64,000 nucleotides of DNA from an uncultured Gammaproteobacteria bacterium (GCA_963748215.1 CAVVHS010000008.1:96001-160000); one strand, 5' to 3'; positions 42,475 to 52,252 are shown, counted from the stretch's first letter. The notes: a model not told the origin generated them from the letters alone. Numbers and translations are program-made.

Positions 42475-43233
42475 TTACTCAACGGGGCCGGGCAGCGGCA
42501 TGCTGATGGCCGCGACCAGGCGCTCGGCACGCTCGAAGTGGCTGCCCTTCCAGTAGATCTGCCCGCATTCTGTACAGCGCCGGAATTCCTCATAGTATTT
42601 GCGCGTCTTTGGCTGCAGTTCGGCCACGACCGCCTGCTTGTCGACGATTTCCAGCACACCGTTACAACGCGTGCAGCGGGTAAAGGGTCTGACCAGGCTA
42701 TACAGGTCCAGCCTGGCGAGCACCTCCCTCACCTGCGTGCGGGGCTGATCGGCGCGCACGAAATACCCATGCGTAATGATCCGCTGCTGCAGCAGGGCAC
42801 GGTCGCGGGTCAGCACGATGCGCGACTCCTCGACCGAAATCCGCGCGATCTCGATGTCTGTCAGGTCGTTCCCGTAGCGACTGTCGAATCCCAGCAGGCG
42901 CAGATAGCGCGCCAGCCGCCCGAGATTGACGTCGACGACGAAGCGTGGTGTGCGCAGTGGTGCGGGGCGCAGGCGGATGACCGGGCTGATATCCATACCC
43001 TCGAAGACCGGATAGACGCTGATACGGTCTCCTGCATTGACGATATAGGAAAAATCGACGGATTCGCCGTTGACCAGGATCAGGTCCACCTCGGTATGCG
43101 GCACGCCGAACGATTCGATCATGTCCTTGATCGAAGTGCGCCGGTTGCAGGCATGTACGATGTCGCTCCTGCGCAAGGCGGGCGCGAGGAAATCGTTCAG
43201 CTCCGCGTAAAAACGCAGGGTTACCTCGGCCAT
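42475..43233 (-). CDS. Mut7-C RNase with an N-terminal ubiquitin-like domain
   Basis: RFYAELNDFL and IESFGVPHTEV (Ub); FVVDVNLGRLARYLRLLGFD, LTRD and a CxxC..CxxC..YWKGSH zinc ribbon. Confidence 0.93.
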   Translation of the reverse strand: MAEVTLRFYAELNDFLAPALRRSDIVHACNRRTSIKDMIESFGVPHTEVDLILVNGESVDFSYIVNAGDRISVYPVFEGMDISPVIRLRPAPLRTPRFVVDVNLGRLARYLRLLGFDSRYGNDLTDIEIARISVEESRIVLTRDRALLQQRIITHGYFVRADQPRTQVREVLARLDLYSLVRPFTRCTRCNGVLEIVDKQAVVAELQPKTRKYYEEFRRCTECGQIYWKGSHFERAERLVAAISMPLPGPVE

Positions 43234-43288
43234 TCCTCCCTCGCCCTGCCGGGCCGTGTCCAGGGCCGGCCTGATACATCACCGCCGC

Positions 43289-44444
43289 TCACAGCTCGTT
43301 GAGTTCCACGGACGGATTGTTGAACAGCTTGCGCCTGACCTCGTCAAAATAATCAGGAAGATAGCGATCCCGGATCCGGACCGGCAGCCGGTCGAGTCGC
43401 GGGAAAGGCAACGCCGGGTAGGTGAACAGGAATTCCATCAGGAAACCGACATTCTGTGCCAGCTGCCCGCAATAGCGCGGATTATGGCGCTGCCTGATGA
43501 TCCGCTCCTCGTGCATGCAGCGACCTATCTCGCTCTCCAGCATCTCCAGATAGCTGGTGACGATGATTTCCAGGTTGATGCTTTCCTCGCCGGACTGCAC
43601 GAATTCCCGGAACGCCGCGTTTGCCTGGCCAGGCGTGTAACCATGCGCGCCGAACACCTGCAGCATCCTGTCATGCAGTGGCTCGGCAAGAACTTTGTCC
43701 TTGTCCGGGTGGTAGCCGACGACCAGGTTGGTGGCCCGGTAGTTTCCGTCATGGCGCTCCTGTTCAATCAGCGTACAGCCGCCATCCTGCAGCAGCGATG
43801 TCAGCCGCTCCAGTTCGTGCGTCTCCAGGATCACCTTGAGTCCCGCGACATCGTTGATGGCCTGGCCGTCCGGCAACTGTATGGCGGGATTATCGTGCAG
43901 CAGCACCAGCAGTCGCTGCTCAGCCTGCTGCAGTGCCTCCGGTGCCGCCTCCTGCTGCCACACACCGCCTGCCGATTCCGTGCCGCCACCCATATATAGC
44001 CAGTCCACCAGACGGCGCGCGGTCTTTTCCGCCAGGCGCCGAATGCGCTTGATGCGGCTGGACCCTGACATAGCAGGCGTCACCCTGCCCGTCATGGAAA
44101 TACAGGGTGCCGTGAAACGGCGTGTCGCGAAAATAATGGCCGGGATCACCTGCGTAGGCGGTGGCCAGTTCCGCGCAGCGGGCACAGTGTGACGGCAGGA
44201 TCCTGCTGATCCGGTCCCGGAGTGCACCCTTGGTCGCAACTGTCTCCATGCGCAGAGCTGTACCGTGCAGGCCGGCAAAAAGATCTGCGGAAAAACGGCC
44301 AAGACAGCGTGTAACATAAACATTGTTGAAGTGCACCAGGCGCAGGATTTCATCCACATCACCGGGTTGCAGTGTGTCGCGCATCCAGCGCCGAATCACG
44401 TCACTGAGGCGGTCGCGGTGCAGGAAACTGTTGATACGGATCAT
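43289..44444 (-). CDS. Hypothetical protein of about 384 aa with divergent RelA/SpoT synthetase-like motifs; one extra base at about 44066
   Basis: The joined ORFs give, in order, RIKRIRRLAEK, NDVAGLKVI, GNYRATN and EIIVTSYLEMLESEIGRCMH. Confidence 0.65.
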
Positions 44445-45049
44445 GCGGCAGTCATCCGGCGCCAGACGGTAGCCGGCCACAGCGTGTCGTTACAACACCG
44501 TACATTTTGCGCGATCATATACAGCTGCATAAACCATACCTCGCTCGCTTTTCAAACCGGCCTGCTGTTTTGCGGCGATCAACACGATCCCTGCGGGTAC
44601 GCTGTGGCCAGGCGGGTTTGGAACGCTGATTCATCACCCTGCCATGCCGGCTGAATGTCGTCGATCACCTACATTCAGATTTGCATCCTGTGTAAGCCGG
44701 TGATTTCAATGACATCGCAAGTGTATCTGAAACACGACACAGGCGTGCGCACACGTCGATCGGCAATCTTTGCCCGATTTGTGCACAACAAATAAACATA
44801 CAAAACAGCAGACTGCGAATTCTGTGCGAGCGTTTTGCATTCAGCGGCCACTCCGGTCATAACGTCTTCATCCCATCGTCGCGGCCGGCCCGACTGCAAT
44901 TCCGTTGTGACCTGCGCACGGTTTCACGCCTGCCGTACTAAAGCTTTCTACCCGTTGTTTGCTGAAACCCCTTTATTTACTGTATTTGCGCACACACTCC
45001 AGAGCCGGACAAACCGGAACGCCATGCCGACCCCGTGCGCATTTTTTAC

Positions 45050-45065
45050 TGGCACGGACTTTGCA
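45050..45065 (+). promoter_or_regulatory. Sigma54 -24/-12 promoter
   Basis: TGGCAC-GGACT-TTGCA is a perfect consensus match about 85 bp upstream of the ATG at 45149. Confidence 0.82.
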
Positions 45066-45148
45066 GACATCCCTGATAAAACATAACTCGCCCACAGGGC
45101 CTGCCGCATGACTGCCGCCGGCACCACATAAACAGAGTAACCTTTTTT

Positions 45149-47269
45149 ATGCTGAAACGATTTCTGGTTTTCCCGTTCGCTCGATTTCTTTTTCTTGCAT
45201 TCATCGCCGCACAATTGTCCGCCTGTGGTGGCGGATCCGGCACTGATACCGCATCCGTTACAGCCACAACCAGCAGCGTCGCCGATGTCACAGATAATGT
45301 CATGCTGGCTGGCAGTGTCGGCGACGGACCCGTCACCGGTGCCACCGTGGAGATATGGAGCACGCAGGGCCGCCTGATCGGCTCCATGAAAAGCGATAAT
45401 ACGGCGTCCTTCAATTCCAGCATCCGCGTCAGACGCTCGAGTTATCCGTTGTTGCTGAAAGTCAGGGGCGGTATCGATCTGGTGACAGGCAGTGCACCGG
45501 ATTTCCAGCTGGTCTCTGTGATGCCTGACCGGCACACGCGGCAGGTCAATATCAATCCCTTCTCGACCCTGATTGTCGGCATCACGCAGTCAATGCCGGG
45601 GGGTATTAATGCGAACAATATTCGTGCCGCACGGAAAATCGTGACAGACAAACTGGGTTTCGGCCTGGATCCGGACGTGATTGCCGACCCGATCAGCACA
45701 AGGATCACGGATCGCAACATTGCCAACCTGGTGAAGGCAAGCGAGGCCATGGGTGAGATGGTACGCCGTACCCGTGACCTGATCGCGACCACCGGCAGGA
45801 AGACCAGCGGTGATGCGGTACTGGCCGCAATTGCCGTGGACCTGCAGGATGGCAGCCTGGACGGACAGGGAACCCGGAACAGTGACCCGGACATCAGCGC
45901 CGTGGCGAAGGTGGTTTCCGGACAGGTACTGGTGGAAGCGCTGGCCAATACTCTGAAAGTCGGAGGCATTATCGCCACGCCTGTCATTGACCAGTCCATT
46001 GAAGCCACCCGTCCCGGCATCAGCAGCGACAATCTGACACAATCTGTACGCATTACCGATGGTATGCTGGAGCAAACGCGGACAGCGCTGGCAGCGGCCC
46101 GGGCCGTGGATTCCAGTGCCGAGGTCGCAGCAATCGAGTCCATCGTCAGCAAAATCAGTGCCGGCACAATGCCCGCAAATATCGCGACTGTCCTGCCCGC
46201 AGATGCTTCGCGTACGCTGGATAACGCCGTACTGCTGTCCTCGACGGCTGACGAAACACAACTCGCCGCTGTCAATGCAACTGGTGTACAGACAGGCAGT
46301 GACAATCACCCCCCCGCAGTACCGCTCCCGACAGAACCGGTGACGACAGCCCCTGTCACGACTGCACCGATAACGACTGACCCGTCCACCACCGGGGTTT
46401 CGTCACGCAGGACCTGGTCACACAGGACCTCATCACGCAGGACCTCATCACGGACGCCGGTTACGACTGAAACCGTCGCGACTGAACAGGTTGCGGCTGA
46501 ACCTGTCACGACAACTCCGGTCGCGACTGAACCGGTTGCGACCAAACCTGTCACGACAACTCCGGTCACGACTGAACCGGTTGCGGCTGAACCTGTCACG
46601 ACAACTCCGGTCACGACTGAACCGGTTGCGGCTGAACCTGTCACGACAACTCCGGTCACGACTGAACCGGTCACAAGCGACCCGGCAACAACCGGCCCGG
46701 TCACTACCGTACCCGTCAACAACGCCCCGGTGATCAGTGGTTCTCCCTCACGCTCGGTGACAGCCGGCACCGCCTACAGCTTCCAGCCGGTCGCCAGCGA
46801 TAGCGACCGGGACACCCTGAGCTTCAGTATCATCGGCAAGCCGGCCTGGGCCAGCTTCAATACCGCAACCGGGCGCCTCAGTGGCACACCGGGCGACAGT
46901 GACGCGGGAACCTACAGCAATATTGTGATCGCAGTGACCGACAGGACCGACACCGCGAGTCTGCAGGCATTCACCATCAGTGTCGTTCCGGCGCAGAATA
47001 CGGTTGGCAGTTTCAACCTGAGCTGGACAGCGCCTGTCGCGCGCGCCGATGGCACGCCGCTGTCGCTGGTGGATATCGGTGGCTATCGCATTTATTACGG
47101 CACCTCATCAGGCAACTATCCCGACACAATCGATGTCAGTGATGGCAGTGCGCAATCGGCGACTGTGAACAATCTTCCGGTCGGGACCTATCATATTGTG
47201 ATGACGACATATGACAGCAATGGACTGGAGAGCGCCAGATCCGCGGAGGTGGCGAAAGTCGCCCGGTAA
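45149..47269 (+). CDS. Large lipoprotein: unknown N-terminal domain, Pro/Thr/Val repeat stalk, putative Ig (He_PIG-like) domain and FnIII-like domain
   Basis: Lipobox LSAC-GGGS; NNAPVISGSP..YSFQP.ASDSD.DTLSFSI..KPAWASFNTATGRLSGTP; LSWTAP..ADGTPL. Confidence 0.82.
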   Translation: MLKRFLVFPFARFLFLAFIAAQLSACGGGSGTDTASVTATTSSVADVTDNVMLAGSVGDGPVTGATVEIWSTQGRLIGSMKSDNTASFNSSIRVRRSSYPLLLKVRGGIDLVTGSAPDFQLVSVMPDRHTRQVNINPFSTLIVGITQSMPGGINANNIRAARKIVTDKLGFGLDPDVIADPISTRITDRNIANLVKASEAMGEMVRRTRDLIATTGRKTSGDAVLAAIAVDLQDGSLDGQGTRNSDPDISAVAKVVSGQVLVEALANTLKVGGIIATPVIDQSIEATRPGISSDNLTQSVRITDGMLEQTRTALAAARAVDSSAEVAAIESIVSKISAGTMPANIATVLPADASRTLDNAVLLSSTADETQLAAVNATGVQTGSDNHPPAVPLPTEPVTTAPVTTAPITTDPSTTGVSSRRTWSHRTSSRRTSSRTPVTTETVATEQVAAEPVTTTPVATEPVATKPVTTTPVTTEPVAAEPVTTTPVTTEPVAAEPVTTTPVTTEPVTSDPATTGPVTTVPVNNAPVISGSPSRSVTAGTAYSFQPVASDSDRDTLSFSIIGKPAWASFNTATGRLSGTPGDSDAGTYSNIVIAVTDRTDTASLQAFTISVVPAQNTVGSFNLSWTAPVARADGTPLSLVDIGGYRIYYGTSSGNYPDTIDVSDGSAQSATVNNLPVGTYHIVMTTYDSNGLESARSAEVAKVAR
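46457..46680 (+). repeat. 15-bp subunit, 45-bp higher-order tandem repeat (PVTTE-PVAAE-PVTTT)
   Basis: CCGGTCACGACTGAACCGGTTGCGGCTGAACCTGTCACGACAACT recurs. Confidence 0.9.
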
Positions 47270-47321
47270 AGGCCTGTCATGAGCCGCAATAGCGGCAGGC
47301 TGACCCGCGGGCAAGCAAGGG

Positions 47322-47362
47322 AAAGAGAGAGGCAGTAACCCGAACTACTCTCTTTTCTCTTT
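47322..47362 (+). terminator. Putative terminator after the large lipoprotein gene
   Basis: Imperfect stem AAAGAGAG..AGT/ACT..CTCTCTTT with a pyrimidine tail. Confidence 0.45.
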
Positions 47363-47503
47363 GGCCATCGTCAAGTGTTTGGAGGTGCCACGCCGCGATC
47401 GGGCGCGGCGACGCAACAGGCAATCCACAACAGCCAGGACAGATGTGTTACGAATGTAACTGGCCTGTCCGGTGACTACACCACAGCCACGACAGCATGC
47501 CGT

Positions 47504-48103
47504 TCATGACTGCATGGCGCGAACCTGCCGGTAGCGGAAGCAACCGGTCACGTGATCGTTCACCAGCCCGGCGGCCTGCATGTAAGCGTAGCAGATGGTC
47601 GAACCCGTGAAACGAAAGCCGTTCGCACGAAGCGCCTTGCTCATGGCATCCGATTGCGTGGTACTGGCAGGCAGCTGCGTGACGGATCGCCAGCTGTTTT
47701 GTCGGCTGCAGCCGCCGACAAACTGCCAGATGAAGGCGTCGAACGAACCTTCACGTTCCTGCAGCTCCAGGAACTGCCGGGCATTGCCGATCGTCGCCTC
47801 GATCTTCTGCCGGTTGCGGATAATGCCGGCATTGCCAAGCAGCGCCTCCACCTTGCGGCGGGTGTAGCGCGCGATGCGCCCGGGATCGAAGTTATCGAAA
47901 GCCGCGCGGAAATTCTCACGCTTGTTGAGGACCGTCGACCAGCTGAGGCCGGCCTGGAAGGCGTCCAGTACCAGGAACTCGAAATGCTTGCGGTCGTCAT
48001 GTACCGGCACACCCCACTCGGTATCATGGTACGCAACCATGAGCGTGTTGCGCCCGGTGTTGCCGGGCCACTCGCAGCGCGGCAGGTCGGGATCGTACGA
48101 CAT
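47504..48103 (-). CDS. tag: DNA-3-methyladenine glycosylase I
   Basis: RCEW, YHDTEWG, FQAGLSW, IIRNRQKI and MQAAGLVNDH..C. Confidence 0.95.
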   Translation of the reverse strand: MSYDPDLPRCEWPGNTGRNTLMVAYHDTEWGVPVHDDRKHFEFLVLDAFQAGLSWSTVLNKRENFRAAFDNFDPGRIARYTRRKVEALLGNAGIIRNRQKIEATIGNARQFLELQEREGSFDAFIWQFVGGCSRQNSWRSVTQLPASTTQSDAMSKALRANGFRFTGSTICYAYMQAAGLVNDHVTGCFRYRQVRAMQS

Positions 48104-48279
48104 GGCGCAAGTATAGCGCCTGTTGATGCCGTTATTGACCAGGCTTGATTCCGGGCCAGGCGCACGATTACCCGCCACCGTTCACCCAACCGTCAATGCG
48201 CTCTGAGCACGTCGATAAACACACAGGGTTGCGCCGCCAGCATCACCCGACCGTTCCGCGCCGGGTTCCGTCATTTTTG

Positions 48280-48293
48280 TTGACCGGCATCAT
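48280..48293 (+). promoter_or_regulatory. Possible FNR/ANR box upstream of the USP gene
   Basis: TTGAC-CGGC-ATCAT (8 of 10 positions match). Confidence 0.45.
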
Positions 48294-48443
48294 TGCTGCA
48301 TCAAACGCACTTGTGTTAAGTATATGACAACATGGAAAAAGCGATATGATGCGCATGATGTGCCAGGGGGGCTTGGCACACGGCAGGCACTCAGTACGAA
48401 ACGCGACCACTGTTTGCGTCCTGCAAAGCGGAGGAGGTGTAGC

Positions 48444-49289
48444 ATGCTGGACAGTATTCTTTTACCCCTGGACGGTACCGAAATAGTCTCCGAGACACTG
48501 GATTACCTTCGGGAATTCGGCAAGGGATCGCCGCCGCAGCTGTTCCTCCTGCATGTAGAGGATCCAGCCGGTAAATCATTCACCGGTACCGCTGCAAAGG
48601 CCCATCCCTTACTGGCCGCATACCACGACACGCTGAGTGCCGAAGGCTGGAAGATCAGTGCCGAGTTGCGCAGCGGTGAGCCGGTCGAGGAAATTACCCG
48701 CTACGCCGTCCAGACCAGCCCGTCGATGCTGGTGATGTCAACGCATGGCCGCTCGGGACTGGAACATATTCGCGAGGGCAGCATTACCGAAAATGTCGTA
48801 CGCCAGTCACCCTGCCCGGTGCTGATCCTGCATTCCACACGCGCGGACACCGGCGATGTCAGGCACGAGCACTTGTTCCGTCGCATGCTGGTTCCACTGG
48901 ACGGTTCCGAGGTCTCCGCAGCTATCATGCCTTGCGTGGAAACATTCGCGAAACGCTTCAATGTCGAGGTAATACTGTTCCATGATCACCCGGAGTGTGA
49001 TGCGGTGGCTGAAGCCAGCAAGCGCAGGGAATTTCTTGACCAGCACGGCGTGGAACTGGCGAATGCAGGCATTGCGGTGCAACTGGACTGCTCGACACAC
49101 CGGCGCCCTGCCCAGGAAATCCTCCAGCGTATCGACGAGCTCGATATCGACATCGTTGCCATGGTGAGCCACGGTGCGGGCGGTGAACGCCGCGCACTGG
49201 AGGAATCGGTAACCGCAAATGTCATGCGCCATGCCAACCGACCCTTGCTGGTGTGGTCATCGGACCCGCAGTGTCCGCGCACCGGCTAG
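48444..49289 (+). CDS. Tandem-domain universal stress protein
   Basis: ILLPLDG..MSTHGRSG..GSITENVVRQSPCPVL, repeated; GGAGGAGG RBS. Confidence 0.92.
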   Translation: MLDSILLPLDGTEIVSETLDYLREFGKGSPPQLFLLHVEDPAGKSFTGTAAKAHPLLAAYHDTLSAEGWKISAELRSGEPVEEITRYAVQTSPSMLVMSTHGRSGLEHIREGSITENVVRQSPCPVLILHSTRADTGDVRHEHLFRRMLVPLDGSEVSAAIMPCVETFAKRFNVEVILFHDHPECDAVAEASKRREFLDQHGVELANAGIAVQLDCSTHRRPAQEILQRIDELDIDIVAMVSHGAGGERRALEESVTANVMRHANRPLLVWSSDPQCPRTG

Positions 49290-49399
49290 CGACGCGACCC
49301 GTGCAGCGACCGGCTCATGTCGCCCTGCCCGGCTAAAGTGGTAGTATTGCACCTGGTGGATAAAAAGAGATTCACCGCCTGTCGATGAAAGGGGTAACA

Positions 49400-49711
49400 A
49401 TGATACGTTCCATGCAAACTGCAACCATCCTGTGCTGTGCGGCTCTGCTGTCAACTGGTCCGGCACAGGCCGAAACGTTCGACCGTGGTCAGGCACTGTA
49501 CGAAAACCATTGCCAGACCTGTCACGAAGAACAGGTACACATGCGCTACTCCAGGCGCGCGACCTCGATGGAGGATTTGCGCCAGCAGGTTAGCAGCTGG
49601 AGTTACCATGCAGCCCTCGGCTGGTCTGCCGAGGAAGTTACCGACGTGGTCGATTACCTTGACCGGGAGTTCTATCACTTCGCGGAACCGGCTGACAAAG
49701 ACGCCCGCTGA
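49400..49711 (+). CDS. Small periplasmic monoheme cytochrome c
   Basis: Signal peptide; GQALYENHCQTCH; DVVDYLDREFYHF. Confidence 0.85.
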   Translation: MIRSMQTATILCCAALLSTGPAQAETFDRGQALYENHCQTCHEEQVHMRYSRRATSMEDLRQQVSSWSYHAALGWSAEEVTDVVDYLDREFYHFAEPADKDAR

Positions 49712-49785
49712 ACGAACCACCACGCTGACCGTAGCATCCTTGCCCGGTACCGGGTCGCGCCGCGCGAAGCGGCTGGCGCCTTGCG

Positions 49786-49902
49786 TCAATCCCTGCCCAT
49801 GAACGGCAGGGGCACTTCCAGCAATATGGCCAGCACGGCGGCCGCGAGAACCACCACCGCGATCACGGTCACAACGACCAGGTGACGCTCAAACTTCAGC
49901 AT
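49786..49902 (-). CDS. 38-aa single-TM small protein (absent from the ORF track)
   Basis: MLKFERHLVVVTVIAVVVLAAAVLAILLEVPLPFMGRD, preceded by purine-rich AGGAAAAGGGGA. Confidence 0.5.
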   Translation of the reverse strand: MLKFERHLVVVTVIAVVVLAAAVLAILLEVPLPFMGRD

Positions 49903-50008
49903 GTTCTATCCCCTTTTCCTGTTTGTCCCCTTACGGACCCGGGGATGGCTGCCGGATTACGTGGCAGCGGGAGCATGGACGAATCGTTTCATGCAGCCAT
50001 CCCGCACG

Positions 50009-50932
50009 TCAGGTATGCATTCCCGATGCGCCGGCAGGCGACGTGTCGATGCGTTCGTAATCCGATATAACCTGGGCGCCGAACAGCAGGATGACAGCCG
50101 CCGCTTCGAGACTGAGCAGCAGGATCACCGCCGTGGCGAAGGTGCCATAGATGAAATTGACGATCGACAGGGTGGAAAAATACCATACCATGAAATGCCG
50201 CGTCAGTTCCCAGAGCACGGTCGCCGTAATGCCACCGATCAGGGCATGGTGCACGGCAAGCCGCCCGATCGGCATCACCAGGTAGAGCGAGGACAACAGC
50301 AGTATCTCACCGGTCACGCCCAGCGCGTAGATGATGCCGGCGTTGTGCCCCTGTAGCGACCAGGTATACCCCAGTAGCGTGAACGACTCGTCGTTGACGC
50401 CGTGCAGCATGCCACTGACCGTGCTTACCAGGAACATCCCGAGCGCCAGGCACAGGATATAGCAGTAGGGAATGATTGCCGACACCAGGAAATGCCGGCG
50501 ATGAATCGCCACGCGGTGAAAAAAGATCACCGACATGGCGTTCTCCAGCGTGGTGAAGGCGAACGAGCTGAACAGCAACAGCATGACCACCCCGAGTGAG
50601 CCCACCAGCTTCCAGTCGCGCAGGGACGCGGCAACCTGTGCCGTCAGATTGTCGGCCTGGCCGGGCGCTACCAGCACCAGGTATTCGCGGGTGGTATTAA
50701 GCAACAACTGCACCTCGACCAGCTGCGACAGCGAGATCAGGATGATTGCCAGCATGGGTACGATAGAGAGCAGTGTGTAATACGCCACGGCGCCGGCCAG
50801 CAGGAACCCCTGGTTGGCACGAAAGCCGCTGATGACGCCACTGGTAAATGCCCAGGGATGTCCGAGCACGTAGCGCAGGCGTCCGCTGCCGATGGCAAGG
50901 CGTTGTGAACTGGCTGTACGCGGATCAGGCAT
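50009..50932 (-). CDS. YihY/BrkB family membrane protein
   Basis: LAGAVAYYTLLSIVP, LENAMSVIF and IYGTFATAVILLL. Confidence 0.88.
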   Translation of the reverse strand: MPDPRTASSQRLAIGSGRLRYVLGHPWAFTSGVISGFRANQGFLLAGAVAYYTLLSIVPMLAIILISLSQLVEVQLLLNTTREYLVLVAPGQADNLTAQVAASLRDWKLVGSLGVVMLLLFSSFAFTTLENAMSVIFFHRVAIHRRHFLVSAIIPYCYILCLALGMFLVSTVSGMLHGVNDESFTLLGYTWSLQGHNAGIIYALGVTGEILLLSSLYLVMPIGRLAVHHALIGGITATVLWELTRHFMVWYFSTLSIVNFIYGTFATAVILLLSLEAAAVILLFGAQVISDYERIDTSPAGASGMHT

Positions 50933-50946
50933 GGCCGGCAGCCGGC

Positions 50947-51417
50947 TCAGGGCGTCGTGAACGGCAGGCCGGCTGCCTGCCAGTCCGCCAGCTGCATGTC
51001 GACGGCCACGACACGCGCCAGGCCGAGTTGCTGCAGCGCACTGGCAGCCAGCGCCGAGCGGCTGCCCCAGCCACAATACAGGTACAGTTCGGTGTCCGTA
51101 CCGGTGCGCTCCGGATAGCCGAGGTGGGACCAGATGCGAAACTCGATCACACCACGGGGAATATTGATGGCGCCGGGAATGTGGCCGGCATTGAATTCAT
51201 CGGGCTCGCGGACATCGATGACCAGGGCGTGCTGCGGGTGTTCTGCGATCCTGCCAAGGACCGCCTTGAACGCGGCCATGTCGATGCGGGTCACTCGCTG
51301 CTTCGCGCGGGCGACCAGCTCGTCGACCGCGACCGGCTGCTGCCCGGCTCCCGGGGCAGCCGGCGTGACCAGCAGGGCCAGGCACAGTGTCGCAAACGTA
51401 GCGCTACGAATTCTCAT
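50947..51417 (-). CDS. Exported rhodanese-like sulfurtransferase
   Basis: Signal peptide; IDVREPDEFNAGHIPGA; active-site loop LYCGWGSRS. Confidence 0.88.
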   Translation of the reverse strand: MRIRSATFATLCLALLVTPAAPGAGQQPVAVDELVARAKQRVTRIDMAAFKAVLGRIAEHPQHALVIDVREPDEFNAGHIPGAINIPRGVIEFRIWSHLGYPERTGTDTELYLYCGWGSRSALAASALQQLGLARVVAVDMQLADWQAAGLPFTTP

Positions 51418-51590
51418 TGGCCGTCAGTCTCCGCCGGCTGGCACTGGGCGGGCGCCCACCCTGCACCCGTTACTGGCTGTAAGCCTGCCGAATACAGTAC
51501 ACGCCGGCCGTGGTGCTGCCAAGTTCTGAACGGCCAGACGGGCCTGATGACGCATGCCACGCAATGACCGGCGTCGTGCGCACAAGCGGC

Positions 51591-52252
51591 TCAGGGCAGT
51601 TCCCGGGAGGCGCGCAGTGTGTCGCCACGCGCCATGGCATGCTCGACGAGGTGCATGGCGACATCCGCCATGGTCTTGAGCAACAGGAATACCACCAGCG
51701 CCATCACGCTGTTGCCGGCGAACTGGCCGCCCAGCACGATGATCAGGTGCATGGGAATGATGCGCAGGTAGGGAAAGAACATGATGTTGCCGATATTCGG
51801 GACCCGTCCCGCCTCGCGCGCACGGTGGTAGCGCCACGAAAACCGGTGATTGACATAAAACACCAGGATGCAGAGCACGACGCCGAGCAGCGGCTACGCC
51901 ACCGTGAATGCGCGCATCACTCGAACAGGAACACCAGGTAGCCGATGTGAAAAAGCCCGTAGTGCAGCGCAAAAAAGACCGCCGTCTGGCGCTGGGTCGC
52001 GCGCGTCGGCTGCACCGGCCTGTTGTTGATGCGGAAACCCTCGGTCGAGAAACGCTTGAGGCCGAGTATCCGGTGGACATTGAACCAGCCGATGATGACG
52101 CTCTGCCCCCAGTAGATCCACAGCAGCTCGGACAGATTCCAGTGCTGCAGCAAGGCCAGCACCAGCGTCACCAGGTTGGATAACAGCAGCCAGGTCACCG
52201 ACCTGTCGGTCACAAGCCTTCCGCTCGTGACAGGCGTGCTGCCGTATTCCAT
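51591..52252 (-). CDS. DUF6498-like membrane protein, broken near 51890-51920
   Basis: LLSNL, IYWGQSVIIG and FFALHYGLF in one frame; PYLRIIPMH and LLLKTMAD in another. Confidence 0.65.
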
